Of a stretch of 64,000 bases of DNA, positions 30,038 through 40,271 are shown piece by piece. The notes under the pieces are model-generated. The model was not told the origin of the DNA. It made no database searches and saw only the letters and a list, made by a program, of their open reading frames with translations. The position numbers and the translations under genes are program-made. The first letter of the stretch is position 1. Each line of letters starts with the position of its first letter. The DNA comes from Candidatus Dojkabacteria bacterium (lineage in GTDB: Bacteria > Patescibacteriota > Dojkabacteria > JAOAGR01), in NCBI GenBank assembly GCA_026415655.1, contig JAOAGR010000008.1:551-64550 (forward strand). Direction: 5' to 3'.

Positions 30038-30114
30038 GGCGATATAGCTCAGCAGGTTAGAGCGGAGGTTTCATAAACCTCAGGTCACTGGTTCAAGTCC
30101 AGTTATCGCCACCA
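30038..30114 (+). tRNA. tRNA with CAT anticodon, probably elongator Met
   Basis: GGCGATATAGCTCAGCAGGTTAGAGC...TTCATAA...GGTTCAAGTCC...ATCGCCACCA; G1-C72 paired and no GGG/CCC anticodon stem, so not initiator; Ile2 not excluded. Confidence 0.93.
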
Positions 30115-30127
30115 AAATTTTTATATT

Positions 30128-30838
30128 TCATATTTTCAAGATATTTAGTATTAAAAAAAATATTCCAAAATATACAAAAATATAGGCTGCTGTTGGTGAA
30201 AGTGTTTTATTAAATTCGTTTTTAGCAGAGAAGATTATTAATATGTTAAAGAAAAATGTAATTAAAAACCAAGCTATATAGTTTTGTAAAGGTACAGTAT
30301 CTTCATTCCAATACCAAAAACCAAGATCTATGGCTACCGGTTCCAATACTATATCAAAAATAACTGCAAAAACTGCCGATATAAATACCAAAAACAATTT
30401 CGATGTAATAGAACTAAATTCAAATCCTAAATTTTTTAGTACATGATAGGCCAACGACAAGGCTCCCCATGCTACGATAATCCAATTAATTCCTAAGATA
30501 AGTGGAACATTAAAAAGTTTTATACCTAATACATCACCATAGTAGTATGTGCCAAAGATTATCTGTGTCTCTACTCCAAGAACTTCGATGAAAAAGCCTA
30601 AAAAACCAATAAGAAATAAAATAAACAAAAACTTCCAATTTTTCTCTGGAAAAGTTTTAAATATCAATATAATGAAAATTAAAAATATCACCCATGGAGT
30701 GTAAAATACATAACTTCTATCCACAAATTTCATCATTATTACTCCTGATAATAATATAAATGGTACATATGCCACATAATCAGATAATAAAATAATCCTA
30801 ATAAGTCTGAAGAATGTCCAGAATGCTTTTTGTAACAT
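30128..30838 (-). CDS. Carotenoid biosynthesis membrane protein, CruF/DUF422-like hydratase family
   Basis: EVLGVETQIIFGTYYYGDVLG, VPLILGINW, DIVLEPVA, WYW, VPLQNYIAW. Confidence 0.85.
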   Translation of the reverse strand: MLQKAFWTFFRLIRIILLSDYVAYVPFILLSGVIMMKFVDRSYVFYTPWVIFLIFIILIFKTFPEKNWKFLFILFLIGFLGFFIEVLGVETQIIFGTYYYGDVLGIKLFNVPLILGINWIIVAWGALSLAYHVLKNLGFEFSSITSKLFLVFISAVFAVIFDIVLEPVAIDLGFWYWNEDTVPLQNYIAWFLITFFFNILIIFSAKNEFNKTLSPTAAYIFVYFGIFFLILNILKI

Positions 30839-30894
30839 AATAACAAACTCATATTATCATAAATTATTGATTCAATATATGGTAGAATTATTAT

Positions 30895-31545
30895 ATGAAG
30901 CAGATGGCCTTCGTATTTGGCCCGAATGGATCTGGTAAAGGTACTTTATGTCAAAATATAGAGTCGGAAATTAAATTTTTGCATATTAATCTTGGTAAAC
31001 TAGTACGTGATTATATAACAAGAAATAATCGAACTGACCTTGCTGCAACTATTAATCGTGGTAATTTCATAAATGACGAAATTATTAGTGAAATCATATT
31101 TACTCATAAAATAATACAAAATATAGAGTTCAGCCCTTACAAAGGCATCTTATTTGAGGGATTTCCACGTCAATTATCACAAATCGAAATCCTAAAGAGA
31201 TTAATAAAATATAAAGCAATTGAACCTTTGTTCTATATTGAATTAGTAATAGATTTGGAAACCATTATCAATCGCGTAAAATATAGGGTCATCGCACCCG
31301 ATGGTAAAACATATAACCTTATGTATAACCCACCGCCCAAAGAAATACCAGAAGAACTGTTACAGAAACGAGAAGATGATGATTTATCAGTGGTTAAATA
31401 CAGATATGAAAAATATCAAAAATTGACAAAACCTTGTCTAGATGATTCTTTTTTTATTAAATTACCCAAACTCACAATCGACGCAAGACAATCCATTGAG
31501 GATATACAAAATCAAGCTTTAGAATTCATCCAACGAATAACTTAG
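30895..31545 (+). CDS. adk: Adenylate kinase family protein
   Basis: GPNGSGKGT, EGFPRQLSQ, YNLMYNPP LID, REDD. Confidence 0.9.
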   Translation: MKQMAFVFGPNGSGKGTLCQNIESEIKFLHINLGKLVRDYITRNNRTDLAATINRGNFINDEIISEIIFTHKIIQNIEFSPYKGILFEGFPRQLSQIEILKRLIKYKAIEPLFYIELVIDLETIINRVKYRVIAPDGKTYNLMYNPPPKEIPEELLQKREDDDLSVVKYRYEKYQKLTKPCLDDSFFIKLPKLTIDARQSIEDIQNQALEFIQRIT

Positions 31546-31549
31546 AAAA

Positions 31550-32386
31550 ATGAATAAAATCCATTACCCTAAATTTGATGCAAAATTAACATTTTTAGGA
31601 GGTCAAACATTGACTTGGGAAGAGGAGTTTTATCCAGATAAAACAGTATTTTGGGGATTTTACAGCAAATATATCATACAAATTAAATATGATATAAAGA
31701 AAGAAGTTTTATATTGGCAAACTTATCCACAACAAGATAGATACGATATTATAAAGAAAATATTAAGATTTGACTATTATTTTGAAGATCACAGTAAGCT
31801 AGAGATAGATACACTCATATCAGAGACAAAAAATATAATTCCTTCGCCAATTATAGTATTGGAACAGGAATTCTTGACTACGGCAGTTGCATTTATAATC
31901 TCACAGAACAACAATATAAAAAGAATCAAAAAAATCATAACAAAAGTCAGACACACACTTGGCCAACGAATATTTATAAAAAATAAAGAGTATCACCTCT
32001 TTCCGACACATAACGAATTAGTATCTTTGGTGAATTCGAACAAAATATATGAATATGGTCTTGGATATAGATCTAGCTATTTAATCGACTTTATTAGTAG
32101 GTACAACAATATAAATACTACAGATCCGGTTGAATTAGAAAAACAGCTATTGTCAGTTAAAGGTATTGGGCCAAAAGTGTGCGACTGCATATTGGTTTTT
32201 TCTGGAGTAAAAAAAGATACTACTCCTGTCGATGTATGGACTAAAAGAGGAGTAAAACAATTATTTAACTTTGAAACTAAGAATTATAAGAAAATGCGTT
32301 ATATATTGTCACACAGATTTAAAGATGTAACATACATAGCCGGACAATATATATTTGAGTATGCAAGATTGGCTAAATTACAATAA
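31550..32386 (+). CDS. 8-oxoguanine DNA glycosylase (HhH-GPD)
   Basis: GQTLTW, ISQNNNIKRI, GLGYR, KGIGPKVCDCI, PVDVW, AGQYIF. Confidence 0.9.
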   Translation: MNKIHYPKFDAKLTFLGGQTLTWEEEFYPDKTVFWGFYSKYIIQIKYDIKKEVLYWQTYPQQDRYDIIKKILRFDYYFEDHSKLEIDTLISETKNIIPSPIIVLEQEFLTTAVAFIISQNNNIKRIKKIITKVRHTLGQRIFIKNKEYHLFPTHNELVSLVNSNKIYEYGLGYRSSYLIDFISRYNNINTTDPVELEKQLLSVKGIGPKVCDCILVFSGVKKDTTPVDVWTKRGVKQLFNFETKNYKKMRYILSHRFKDVTYIAGQYIFEYARLAKLQ

Positions 32387-32411
32387 AGCTTTATAATCTA
32401 TTTAAATTAAT

Positions 32412-33128
32412 ATGACAAACGAAAATAATCCACAAGAGAATAATAACACACAAAGTAATAAAAAATTTAATAAATGGAGATATATTTTTTTTATGTTTCT
32501 TTTAATTATTCTTGTTTTTGCTGAACTAGGATTAATAATCTATGGTCTATGGTATGGATATACTCTTAAAAACCAATATGATGGAGAAATACAATTACTC
32601 AAACAAGAAAACAAAATCCTAAAAGAGGAGAGAAACATTGACGTTGTAGAACTTAGAAAACAAAACGAAGATCTACAGAACCGAATTAAAAAACTAGAAG
32701 AAGAAAAATCAGCATTACAAGAACAATTAATTTTAGCACAAAATGAAATAGAAAGATTAAAACCTAAAAATATAAGAGATTTTGATTATAAAAAACAAAT
32801 TGCGATAAATGAGAGTAGGGGAGATGTATGGCTAAAACCAATTTATGAAGATATAACGAATGATAATGTAATTGATGGAATATTTGCTTATCGAGAAGGT
32901 GCTGATACAGCGAGACTGAATGTATATGTATACAGTTACTTAGATAATCAAAATACACCAACACTTATTTTACGAGCGGAAGGCTATCCAATGGGCAGAA
33001 TTCAATACAATGTAGAAACACGAAGGCTAGATATAATCTACGAAACAGGTGACGCTACCAACCCAAATGTAACAAAGGAAACCTACGAATACTCAAAAGA
33101 ACAGAAACAAATGATTAGAGTCAATTAA
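32412..33128 (+). CDS. Hypothetical TM-anchored coiled-coil protein
   Basis: One TM, heptad coiled coil, C-terminal beta-rich domain with DITNDNVID loop. Confidence 0.75.
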   Translation: MTNENNPQENNNTQSNKKFNKWRYIFFMFLLIILVFAELGLIIYGLWYGYTLKNQYDGEIQLLKQENKILKEERNIDVVELRKQNEDLQNRIKKLEEEKSALQEQLILAQNEIERLKPKNIRDFDYKKQIAINESRGDVWLKPIYEDITNDNVIDGIFAYREGADTARLNVYVYSYLDNQNTPTLILRAEGYPMGRIQYNVETRRLDIIYETGDATNPNVTKETYEYSKEQKQMIRVN

Positions 33129-33394
33129 TATTTCATCATCTATCTAGACACTCAAACCAAAGAGAAATTTTTTATTGAATTACTTTGTAATATTTAAGTA
33201 TATTCAGCATGTAATCATCAATACATATTTACGATTTTTATGAAAATTTTTGGTTAAATGTTTTATGACATTAGAAGGTTATAAGAAAAGATAGTTCTTT
33301 AAATAAAGTATTACTCAATTTCTATATAGCAAAATTTATATGAATACAATAAGAAAATTTATACAAATTAAACGAATAAAATTATAAATCGAAT

Positions 33395-34048
33395 TCATTT
33401 AGATTTAAAAAATTCACCCCATCCAGAAATTAATTCTTGATTTTGTAAGGATAGTATTTCAGCCTTAAGCTTGTTTTTCTCTAATTGTATCAATCTATAT
33501 TCAGAACTCAAATAAATGATAGGTATAGCACCTATTAAAAAAGATGAAGAAAGAATAATGAGCATATCTATAAAATCTAATTTGTTTAAAAATACTATTG
33601 AGATAATAGACAAAATTAACGAGATTAAAACAGATATTATGTAAAGTATCCTAGAATGAACGGCGGACAAAAAGAGAAGTATATTTAAATTTAGTAAAAA
33701 GGTAAAGCTTATAGAATAATTATCTAAATATAGCATTATTCCTAATAAGATGAGTTTAGATATCCAAACTATAAATAAAATCTGAATATTATAGTAAGCC
33801 AAAAAAGCAAATAATATCATTGAGGTAAACGAAACAATTATCAAATAAGCAAAAATAGCATTTAAATCCTTAAATACAAAATTGTACTTTATCGAAAATA
33901 ATACAAGATTAATAATTTCAATTATAATTATTTGCAAGATTAACCTTCTTTTAATATACAAAGTACCTTGTCTTTCTTTTTCTTCTAATTGTTTATATTT
34001 AATCAGCAAATCAGAGCTTACTAAACCACAATCTGTTTGATCGTTCAT
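33395..34048 (-). CDS. Hypothetical multi-pass membrane protein
   Basis: 5-6 hydrophobic segments then a short coiled coil. Confidence 0.7.
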   Translation of the reverse strand: MNDQTDCGLVSSDLLIKYKQLEEKERQGTLYIKRRLILQIIIIEIINLVLFSIKYNFVFKDLNAIFAYLIIVSFTSMILFAFLAYYNIQILFIVWISKLILLGIMLYLDNYSISFTFLLNLNILLFLSAVHSRILYIISVLISLILSIISIVFLNKLDFIDMLIILSSSFLIGAIPIIYLSSEYRLIQLEKNKLKAEILSLQNQELISGWGEFFKSK

Positions 34049-34077
34049 TAATAGAAATTTTATTAAATTTTAATAAA

Positions 34078-35304
34078 CTATACAAAATTAATTCTATTGA
34101 TAAATTTCTTACCAACTTTGATAATCAGCCCTGATTCAACATTAAAATTAGTATCTTTTATAACATTACCATCTATTTCAACTGCAGATTGCAAAATTAG
34201 TCGTCGTGCTTCACTTCTAGAGCACTTAGCTATAACTGTAACCACATCTACAATGTTATCTCCTTTCCTGATAAAAACCACATCCTCAACATCTTTATAA
34301 TCTTTATTTTGTACTAATTTTTCAAAGTTTTCTGCTGCTTTACGAGCCAAATCCTCACCATGATAAAACTTAACTATTTCATAAGCCATTATTTTCTTGA
34401 AAATCATAGGATTTTCTCCCATCTTCATTCTTTCTTCATATTCCTTAATCTGCCAAAGTGGTATGCGTGTCACATATTCCATATACTGTGTTATCAATTC
34501 ATCAACTACAGACATAAGAGAAAAGTACATCTCATCCGGAGTAGCCATAACGGCAATATAATTTTTTAAGCTTTTACCCATTTTTCTTCCATCACTTCCT
34601 GTGAGTAATTTCAAAATAAATACTATTTGAGGCTTCATACCAAACTCAGACATTAGATGCCTACCTGCAAGTATGTTGAAAAGCTGATCTGTACCGCCAA
34701 ACTCTATATCATTATTGAGGGCAATAGAATCATACCCCTGCATGAGTGGATATAAAAATTCTGAAAGTCTAATTGGTTTACCTTGTTCGTATCTTAACTT
34801 AAAATTCTCACGCTCTATCATCTGGGCAACAGTAAACTTCTTTGCTAAATTTATTACGTCATTGAAGTTTAGAGGCTTCAACCACTCGGAATTACGGCGA
34901 ATAATAGTCATTTCAGGAATAACTGTCTTGAAGAATTGCTCCATATACGTCTGTAGATCAGCTTCTATGGCTTCCACAGTTCTATCTTCACGCATATCAG
35001 TTTTATCAGAGTGATCACCTACAATAGTAGTAAAATCACCGATAATTAGAGTTAATCTGTGTCCTAACTCCTGAAAATCCCTTATTTTTCTCTGCACAAC
35101 CGCATGTCCTAAATGTATTAAAGGACCCGTAACATCTACTCCTAACTTCAAATGAAGCTGCTTACCAGATTTCAATAAATCAACTAACTCATCAGTATCA
35201 TGTATGATATACACCCCTCGATTTATCAAATCTTGTATCTGTTCATCTGTAGGTACTATAACACCATGACTTGTAGTCGAAGTAGAAGTTATTTGATTCT
35301 GCAT
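34078..35304 (-). CDS. tyrS: Tyrosine--tRNA ligase
   Basis: KLGVDVTG, HLGH, YPLMQGYD, GGTDQLFN, KMGKS, S4 domain. Confidence 0.97.
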   Translation of the reverse strand: MQNQITSTSTTSHGVIVPTDEQIQDLINRGVYIIHDTDELVDLLKSGKQLHLKLGVDVTGPLIHLGHAVVQRKIRDFQELGHRLTLIIGDFTTIVGDHSDKTDMREDRTVEAIEADLQTYMEQFFKTVIPEMTIIRRNSEWLKPLNFNDVINLAKKFTVAQMIERENFKLRYEQGKPIRLSEFLYPLMQGYDSIALNNDIEFGGTDQLFNILAGRHLMSEFGMKPQIVFILKLLTGSDGRKMGKSLKNYIAVMATPDEMYFSLMSVVDELITQYMEYVTRIPLWQIKEYEERMKMGENPMIFKKIMAYEIVKFYHGEDLARKAAENFEKLVQNKDYKDVEDVVFIRKGDNIVDVVTVIAKCSRSEARRLILQSAVEIDGNVIKDTNFNVESGLIIKVGKKFINRINFV

Positions 35305-35356
35305 AGTTCTAAATTCTACAAAAGCAAGAATTGTTTTTCAAATTTCAATATTCATT

Positions 35357-36145
35357 TCAGACTTGTTTTGCAACAACTATTAATCTATCGGTCCCAATAC
35401 CATTTGGCCAACAAGACATAAGTGTAAGTTTTTTTTCATCAGAATAAGAAAATATAGGCGTTAGATCATTAGCTTTTACAACTTTTGTTTTTTGTACGAT
35501 ATATTTATATTGGATGTCATTGTATTTTATATATATTTCATCATTTACATCTAGCTTGTATAAAAAGGTAAAAGCATTAATTGGCGCCTTAGGATTTGCC
35601 ATAGCAACAATTTCATTAGTGCTATGTCCATATATAAAAGTATTACCAGGCTTATCAGGAAGAGAAGTACCTTGAAAATGTGCCAAGTTATTTTCCAACA
35701 CTTTCATATAAGAATTAGTATCAAAACTATTTACATTTATAACGACCGGCAAATTCTCAAGCTCAAGCTTGGGAATTGTAAGATACATTTTGCCTTTGAT
35801 ATCTGCATACTCAGGAAATGTCTTGGGATCAATATTTATTGTCTTGGCAACATTGTTAATATTCACCGATAAATTTGTTAGATATGCCGAGGAAAAATTA
35901 TTACTACTTTGATAAGCTAAAATTTCCGGAACATTATCTACATCGGCATTTGGTGTCAATAAATAATTAATTAAATTATTTTCTCGCGGTGAAGAATTAC
36001 TAAATAAATATGGATATATTGCAATAAATAATATCGCTAAAATTAAAACTAAAATGATGTAATAAACAAGATTTCTCTTTTTTTTTGTAGCTAATGGTTT
36101 ATTAACAAATTTTATAATCGGTGCTTTTCGCATATATGTTCTCAT
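35357..36145 (-). CDS. Sortase (class D/E-like)
   Basis: LTIPKL, AHFQGTSLP, GNTFIYGHS, LTLMSCWP, RLIV (His/Cys/Arg triad); N-terminal TM. Confidence 0.92.
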   Translation of the reverse strand: MRTYMRKAPIIKFVNKPLATKKKRNLVYYIILVLILAILFIAIYPYLFSNSSPRENNLINYLLTPNADVDNVPEILAYQSSNNFSSAYLTNLSVNINNVAKTINIDPKTFPEYADIKGKMYLTIPKLELENLPVVINVNSFDTNSYMKVLENNLAHFQGTSLPDKPGNTFIYGHSTNEIVAMANPKAPINAFTFLYKLDVNDEIYIKYNDIQYKYIVQKTKVVKANDLTPIFSYSDEKKLTLMSCWPNGIGTDRLIVVAKQV

Positions 36146-36256
36146 GGGACAGTGTTTTTTCTTTTAATATAGTAAAAATTAATAAACAGATCAACTATTA
36201 ACTTATTTTTTTCCTTGACTGAAAATAAAAGAATACATATTATCAATCTCATAAAT

Positions 36257-38452
36257 ATGAAACTAGTAATTGTAGAATCTCCTTCAAAAAGTAAAACGAT
36301 TAAAAAATATTTAGGAAAAGAATACGAAGTTGTATCGTCTGTAGGACACATCATTGATCTCCCAAAATCCAAAATCGGTGTAGATTTGGAAACCATGGAA
36401 CCACAATATATAGTTATTAGTGGTAAAGAAGATGTTGTAAAAAATCTAAAAAAATATGCAAAGAAATCAGAAGAAGTAATTCTTGCTACGGATCCCGATC
36501 GTGAGGGCGAAGCAATATCTTGGCATATTCAAAATATCATTAAACCAATAAATCCAAATATACATCGTATTACTTTTCACGAAATTACCAAAAAAGCCAT
36601 CATCGAAGCAATACAAAACAAAAAAGATATAAATCTTAACCTTGTAAACGCTCAACAAGCCAGAAGAGTACTAGATCGACTAGTTGGATATACATTATCA
36701 CCGTTATTATGGAAAAAGATAAGATACGGAATATCAGCGGGTAGAGTACAAAGCGTTGCGTTGAGGCTTATTGTAGATAGGGAAGAAGAAAGAGAAAAAT
36801 TTGTTCCAACAGAATACTGGTCAATACTTGTTAGTGTAACAGAAAATCAAAATGCTGAAATTAAAATACTAATTAAAAACAAAAATCAAACCATAAATTC
36901 TGAAAAAGATCAACAAAACTTAGAAAAAGAAAACAAATATTTAATTTTTGAATTAAAAAAATATCAAAATAAAAAATTACATATAAGCACTGAAAAAGAT
37001 GCCCAAAAAATAGCCGAAACTATCAAAAAATATAATATCCTAGAAGTTAAATCAGTAAATACTAAATTAGTCAGACTTTCGCCGCCCGCACCATTTACAA
37101 CATCAACCTTTCAACAAGAAGCCATAAACAAATTAAACCTTAGCGCATCTCAAGCAATGAGGATTGCTCAAAAATTATATGAAAAAGGGTTAATAACATA
37201 CATGCGTACTGACAGTACATCACTTTCATCTGAAGCAATAACAAACATCAGAAAAATTATCAGTCAAAAGTATGGTGAAGACTATGTAAATGAGAAAATT
37301 CGCATTTATAAACACAAGGTAAAAAATGCTCAAGAAGCTCACGAAGCTATAAGACCAACAAATTTTGAAACTACCGAATTGTCAGATGAATTTAATACAA
37401 AAGAGAATCAGGTTTATCAAATGATTTACAAACGAGCACTAGCCTCACAGATGTCCGACGCTATTTATGAACAGAAAACTATTATATGTTCACAAAACAA
37501 TGATGAATTAGAATTTGCAGCCTCTGAAAAAATCTTGAAATTTGCGGGATGGAAAATTTTATATAATGAAAACAACATAAACACTATCTCAAAAACTTTT
37601 CAGGATATAAAAGAAAACGACTCTCTTTTTGTACAAAATATATTGTGTGAACAACATTTTACCGAGCCACCTGCGCGATATACCGAAGCCTCACTAATAA
37701 AAGATTTAGAAAAGTTCGGAATAGGCAGACCAAGTACCTACGCCTCTATATTATCAATAATCACTCAAAGAACTTATGTTAGCAAAGAAGGAAAATATCT
37801 TATTCCGACAGAAATGGGGAAAATGGTAACTAAGTTTTTAAAAGATAATTTTTCAGATATCGTAGATATAAACTTTACAGCAAAAATGGAAGATTCATTA
37901 GACAAAATTTCAATTGGAGAATTAGAATGGAAACCTTATATAAAATCATTCTTTATTCCATTTAGTAGTCTTGTAAAAGAAAAAGAAAATAACATATCGA
38001 AAGAAAACTATACTATTTTGGGAGAATCAGAGGAAATTTGTGATTTATGTGGAGCAAAAATGCTAAAAAAAATAGGTAAATATGGAGTATTTTTATCATG
38101 TTCTAAATTTCCCGAATGTAAAGGTATAAAATCCATAGAACAACAGATTAGTACCAATGAAGAATTCTTCAAAGTCTATAACCCCCCACCGAAAACAGAT
38201 GATGGCAGAGAATTTTTATTAAAAACAGGGCGATTTGGTCCATTTTGGGCTCATCCCGATTATCCCAAAATAAAGGAAATCAAACCATTAGAATACAATC
38301 AAGAATATATTATCAATACATTTGGTGAACCTCCTGTATCTAAAGATGGAAAAACCATGAAATTGGTGAAAGGACGATATGGATATTTCTGGGCACATCC
38401 TGACTATCCCAACATAAAAGAAATAATAAAAATCAAGAGAAAAACAATGTAG
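36257..38452 (+). CDS. topA: DNA topoisomerase I
   Basis: LVIVESPSK, ATDPDREGE, SAGRVQS, ITYMRTD, QEAHEAIRPT, GIGRPST; start set at ATG 36257. Confidence 0.97.
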   Translation: MKLVIVESPSKSKTIKKYLGKEYEVVSSVGHIIDLPKSKIGVDLETMEPQYIVISGKEDVVKNLKKYAKKSEEVILATDPDREGEAISWHIQNIIKPINPNIHRITFHEITKKAIIEAIQNKKDINLNLVNAQQARRVLDRLVGYTLSPLLWKKIRYGISAGRVQSVALRLIVDREEEREKFVPTEYWSILVSVTENQNAEIKILIKNKNQTINSEKDQQNLEKENKYLIFELKKYQNKKLHISTEKDAQKIAETIKKYNILEVKSVNTKLVRLSPPAPFTTSTFQQEAINKLNLSASQAMRIAQKLYEKGLITYMRTDSTSLSSEAITNIRKIISQKYGEDYVNEKIRIYKHKVKNAQEAHEAIRPTNFETTELSDEFNTKENQVYQMIYKRALASQMSDAIYEQKTIICSQNNDELEFAASEKILKFAGWKILYNENNINTISKTFQDIKENDSLFVQNILCEQHFTEPPARYTEASLIKDLEKFGIGRPSTYASILSIITQRTYVSKEGKYLIPTEMGKMVTKFLKDNFSDIVDINFTAKMEDSLDKISIGELEWKPYIKSFFIPFSSLVKEKENNISKENYTILGESEEICDLCGAKMLKKIGKYGVFLSCSKFPECKGIKSIEQQISTNEEFFKVYNPPPKTDDGREFLLKTGRFGPFWAHPDYPKIKEIKPLEYNQEYIINTFGEPPVSKDGKTMKLVKGRYGYFWAHPDYPNIKEIIKIKRKTM

Positions 38453-38488
38453 ATTTATTAATATTATCTGTTATAATAGCAAGCATAT

Positions 38489-38671
38489 ATGAAAAGAACT
38501 TGGCAACCCAAAAAAATCAGAAGATTAAGAAAACATGGTTTTTTATCAAGAATGCAGACTGCATCAGGAAGGAAGGTAATAAAAAGACGACGTGCACGAG
38601 GAAGAGATAACCTTACTGTTTCTGATGAGATGAGAAAAATGATGAAGAAACCTACTCATACCATAAGGTAA
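38489..38671 (+). CDS. rpmH: 50S ribosomal protein L34 with C-terminal extension
   Basis: MKRTWQP, HGFLSRM, RRRARGR. Confidence 0.96.
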   Translation: MKRTWQPKKIRRLRKHGFLSRMQTASGRKVIKRRRARGRDNLTVSDEMRKMMKKPTHTIR

Positions 38672-38672
38672 T

Positions 38673-39041
38673 GTGCCAAAAAAATATTCATTAAAAAAAA
38701 GAAAAGAAATAGAAAATTTGTTTAATGATTGTTCTTTTTTCTCAAATTCTTTCTTTAGAATTGTTTATAAACCAAATAGTGATTTGAAGATACTAATTTC
38801 AATCCCCAAAAGAATACAAAGCAAATCAGTAAGACGTAATAAAATCAAGAGAAGAATAAGACATATTCTATATCCTAAATTAATCAGGTCAAAAATTCTA
38901 AAACCAGGATATTATGGAATTATTGTCAGACAGGACATCTACAACACAGAATTCTCAAAAATAAAAGCAAATTTAATCAATTTATTGATGGAAAATAATT
39001 TATTAGAATATTCACAAAATGTCAAAACATCGTCATTCTAA
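38673..39041 (+). CDS. rnpA: Ribonuclease P protein component
   Basis: SVRRNKIKRRIR (RNR motif), directly after rpmH. Confidence 0.9.
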   Translation: MPKKYSLKKRKEIENLFNDCSFFSNSFFRIVYKPNSDLKILISIPKRIQSKSVRRNKIKRRIRHILYPKLIRSKILKPGYYGIIVRQDIYNTEFSKIKANLINLLMENNLLEYSQNVKTSSF

Positions 39042-39801
39042 TAAGTCTAGCGAACATGATAGTAGTTGGGAACCGGTTGCCAAATGGTATAACAGTTTAA
39101 TTTCTAAACGAACTAGTTATTATCATGAAAAAATTATTATTCCACGTATAATAAAAAAATTAGAAAATAATCCATCACCAAAAATACTAGACCTCGGATG
39201 TGGGAACGGAATTTTAGAAAGAAAAATCAATAAAAATTATCAATACTTAGGTATCGATATTTCTAAAACATTAATTAACTTTGCTGAAAAATATAAAAAA
39301 AGTAATAAACATCTATTTAAATGTGCTGATATCACCAGAGAACTGGAAATTCAATCACAATATTTTACTCACGTAATAATGATATTATCCCTACAAAATG
39401 TTGAAAATTTTGATAAAGTTTTTGAAAATGCATCAAAAGCCTTGATATCTGGAGGTAAATTTATAATAGTGATTAATCATCCTTACTTTAGAATACCAAG
39501 ACAAACAATGTGGGGCATAGATGAAAATAAAAAATTACAGTATAGAAGAATAGATATGTATATGAGTCCATTAAAAATACCTGTAGAAATTTATACTGAA
39601 CAAAAACAAAGAACAATAACTTGGTCATATCACAATCCACTTTGCTTATACACAGAATCACTTTACAAGCATAATTTTTTAATTGAAAAAATAGAAGAGT
39701 GGATTTCAGATAAACATAGTGTTGGAAAAAATAGCAAAATGGAGAACAGAGCAAGAAAAGAATTTCCCATGTTTATGTGTCTCAATTGCGTAAAAAAATA
39801 A
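39019..39801 (+). CDS. Class I SAM-dependent methyltransferase
   Basis: ILDLGCGNG, GIDIS, INHPYFRIPRQ, ARKEFPMF. Confidence 0.9.
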   Translation: MSKHRHSNKSSEHDSSWEPVAKWYNSLISKRTSYYHEKIIIPRIIKKLENNPSPKILDLGCGNGILERKINKNYQYLGIDISKTLINFAEKYKKSNKHLFKCADITRELEIQSQYFTHVIMILSLQNVENFDKVFENASKALISGGKFIIVINHPYFRIPRQTMWGIDENKKLQYRRIDMYMSPLKIPVEIYTEQKQRTITWSYHNPLCLYTESLYKHNFLIEKIEEWISDKHSVGKNSKMENRARKEFPMFMCLNCVKK

Positions 39802-40052
39802 AATTCCTTTGTCCACACAAATATCTTAATTTTGATATAAAGAATCACATCTTTTTGGTGATTTTAAAATCAACATTAATCTACATCTTACCAATCTATT
39901 ATCAGAATATATTGATCAAATAAGGCATATCTATTAACATAGTAATAACATATTATCTAACTCAGACACAAATTGGGTGAATTCCAAAATCTAGATATTT
40001 ACATAATCAAATCTGGAAAATAGTTATTGAATAGATCTCAAATGTCTTGTTC

Positions 40053-40128
40053 TGGTGGCCCCAGCAGGACTCGAACCTGCGACCTTTACAATGTGAGTGT
40101 AACGCTCTACCAGCTAAGCTATAGGGCC
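40053..40128 (-). tRNA. tRNA-Val(CAC)
   Basis: Reverse complement GGCCCTATAGCTTAGCTGGTAGAGCGTTACA-CTCACAT-TGTAAAGGTCGCAGGTTCGAGTCCTGCTGGGGCCACCA. Confidence 0.96.
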
Positions 40129-40271
40129 ATCTTATAACACTAATTTTAGCAAATAAGATTTATAAATTAAAACATTAATGCAGGTTAAAATTCGTAAATT
40201 AAAAATAGACCTATTAACCAAATATCAATACAAATAAAATTTTAAAATACAAAAATTAAAAGAAAAAATAA

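Noticed and set aside
18157-31731. TTATCCACA DnaA-box matches in fmt (about 18157) and ogg (about 31723); rpmH-rnpA as an oriC marker
   Set aside because: Isolated, inside coding sequence, no dnaA/dnaN, and no obvious strand-skew switch by eye
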